From Rhizodiscina lignyota (taxonomy: Eukaryota), in contig ML978126.1 in the NCBI GenBank assembly GCA_010015805.1, positions 620,001 to 684,000 on the forward strand: a DNA stretch of 64,000 bases. Direction: 5' to 3'. Below the pieces are notes generated by a model that saw only the letters and a program-made list of their open reading frames with translations, had not been told where the DNA came from and made no database searches. The position numbers and the translations under genes are program-made. This document shows, piece by piece, positions 62,500 to 64,000 of this stretch (the stretch's first letter is position 1; each line of letters starts with the position of its first letter).

Positions 62500-62685
62500 T
62501 CTTGATGCGTGTTCTCTTCAGTTAATGCAGGCGGCGTGCGTTGGAGCCGTGGATTTTCAACAAATACTCTCCGAAGCATATTGAACCATGCTATTAAAGA
62601 TGTTCTCGATTGTGTTGAAGAGCAGTGCTCGGTCACACGTTAAGGTACCGTCTCGTCTGGATTAGACGTGTCTTGGCACGGCTTT
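62500..62685 (-). mobile_element. MITE-like element, copy G (minus strand, right end lost)
   Basis: Reverse complement reads GTGCCA-(57-nt spacing)-CTCTTC AACACAAT CGAGAACATC..AATATGCTTCGGAGAGTATT. Continues in ungapped, transition-rich alignment with copy C. Confidence 0.68.
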
Positions 62686-62797
62686 GGTCCTTAAAGAAGA
62701 TGGATGCACGGCGCGTCCAGTGCTGTCCATCAAAGAACGACCAAGTGAACCGGAAATTTCATCCACATTCGGTTCCATTACGTATATTGAGAATACA

Positions 62798-63520
62798 ATG
62801 GTAAACTCCCAAAGAAATATTGATGAAATTGCCTATGTTGCTGACGTTTGAGACCAACAGGCACCCAAGTCCTTACCATCTGCTGCGAAGCAGGCCATCA
62901 TCCACAACTACTTCCTCAAATCTGGTGTCGCACACAGTATTAAAGACCTCGAGAAGGCTCTTCCATCCGTTGCGTCCATCAATGGCATGCAAGTTAAGGA
63001 CTTTCTGCAAGCACTTACCGACGACAACAAAATTAATGTCGAGAAGATTGGCAGCGGAAACTGGTACTGGGCATTCCTTAGCGAGGCGAAGAAGGACAAA
63101 GAAAATCTGCACGCAAAAGCCACTGATGAACGGGAAAAGGCTGCTGTTGTTGTGTCAGACCTTCAGGCGAAGGTCGATGAAGCTGGCGTGGCCCGTGAAG
63201 AAGACGAAGACATGCTGCTAGAGTCTGGCAATGATAGGAAGTGCTTGACGACAAAGCACGCTGGTCTGACGAAAGAGCTGGAGCCGCTGAAGGTGGAGCT
63301 TGCCGGATACAGCGAGAATGATCCGATTGAGGTGGAAAAGAAGCGACAGCGAACAGAAGCTTCGAAAAGGGATGCGGAAAAGTGGACAGAGCAGATCCAG
63401 TGTATGGAAGGTTATATTAAGGGTCTGATAGGGGGTGATCGGGAACAGCTATTGAACATGAAGAGGAACTGGTACGGCGACCAGTTCGATGAGGAAGAGC
63501 AGGGTCTGAAGGAGCTCTGA
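62798..63520 (+). CDS. MND1: Meiotic nuclear division protein Mnd1; first coding exon is ATG only, intron 62801-62860
   Basis: AHSIKDLEKALPSVASINGMQVKDFLQALTDDNKINVEKIGSGNWYWAF, coiled coil, YSENDP. Confidence 0.93.
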
Positions 63521-64000
63521 ACTCATTCAACAGGCACAGTCTTCCCCGGAACAGCAGATGCTTGGAAACGATGTGATTCGTCTCTTAAGGGACGAAGTTT
63601 CCCACGTCATCAATGACTGACTGGGCAGAGGAGAGTTGCAGGCTACCTCTTTTGCTGTCTCGTTTTCAGATTCGAGTCATACATGTACGAGATAGGTTAT
63701 TAGAAGTGCGCACCTTCTTGTTCAGGCGTCTGCGGTGAGGTTCTATGACTCTGATCAAACGCCGAATATGGCCTGCGCCACAGTGTGCCTGGGTGTATCA
63801 AGCTGAGTGACAAATCACACGGCGAAGCTCCAGACATTTCCACGGAAGCTCTAGCTGCCCCATTACTTGCCAAAGCGCTTGACTCAGCATTCATATTGAT
63901 TGTCCTTATGATAGAGTTTGCCACGGCCCAAAGCTGAAATTTGTACCTGTCAATCTTGCACGTTGTGCCACAAACGAAAATCCCCCACTTCGCGCACAAA

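Noticed and set aside
62494..62627. 12-bp inverted repeat CACTGCTCTT(G/C)A as a separate mini-element
   Set aside because: Lies largely inside copy G, has no TSD, and is probably chance.
61322..62685. Composite transposon capturing the RRN10-like gene between inverted copies F and G
   Set aside because: Copy F has its own right TIR at ~61557, and there is no shared target duplication; independent insertions explain the layout.

Overview
Gene-dense, intron-containing fungal genomic DNA, most likely a filamentous ascomycete (Pezizomycotina), with short GT-AG introns and CTAAC/CTGAC branch points. I can support about 25 protein-coding genes. Conserved housekeeping genes dominate 2-41 kb and 60-64 kb: SWIB/DEK-C protein, SERCA-type Ca2+ ATPase, SDH2, LSM6, Esc2/Rad60-like, MAK11, EAF1, FMP32, CSA/RAD28-like, RRN10-like and MND1. 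An accessory-looking block at about 41.5-59.8 kb holds a catalytically degenerate RNase H-like gene, a DUF6604 pseudogene, a second decayed gene, an SDR/cupin pair, a membrane-embedded F-box gene, and a scytalone-dehydratase-like plus questin-oxidase-like pair with no PKS. The most striking unexplained structure is an old, dispersed ~232-bp element with imperfect terminal inverted repeats (MITE-like). It occurs in at least 8 intergenic copies, including one with a 4x109-bp internal tandem expansion and one head-to-tail cluster. No rRNA, tRNA or CRISPR array was seen. All family assignments come from motif recognition by eye, not database searches.
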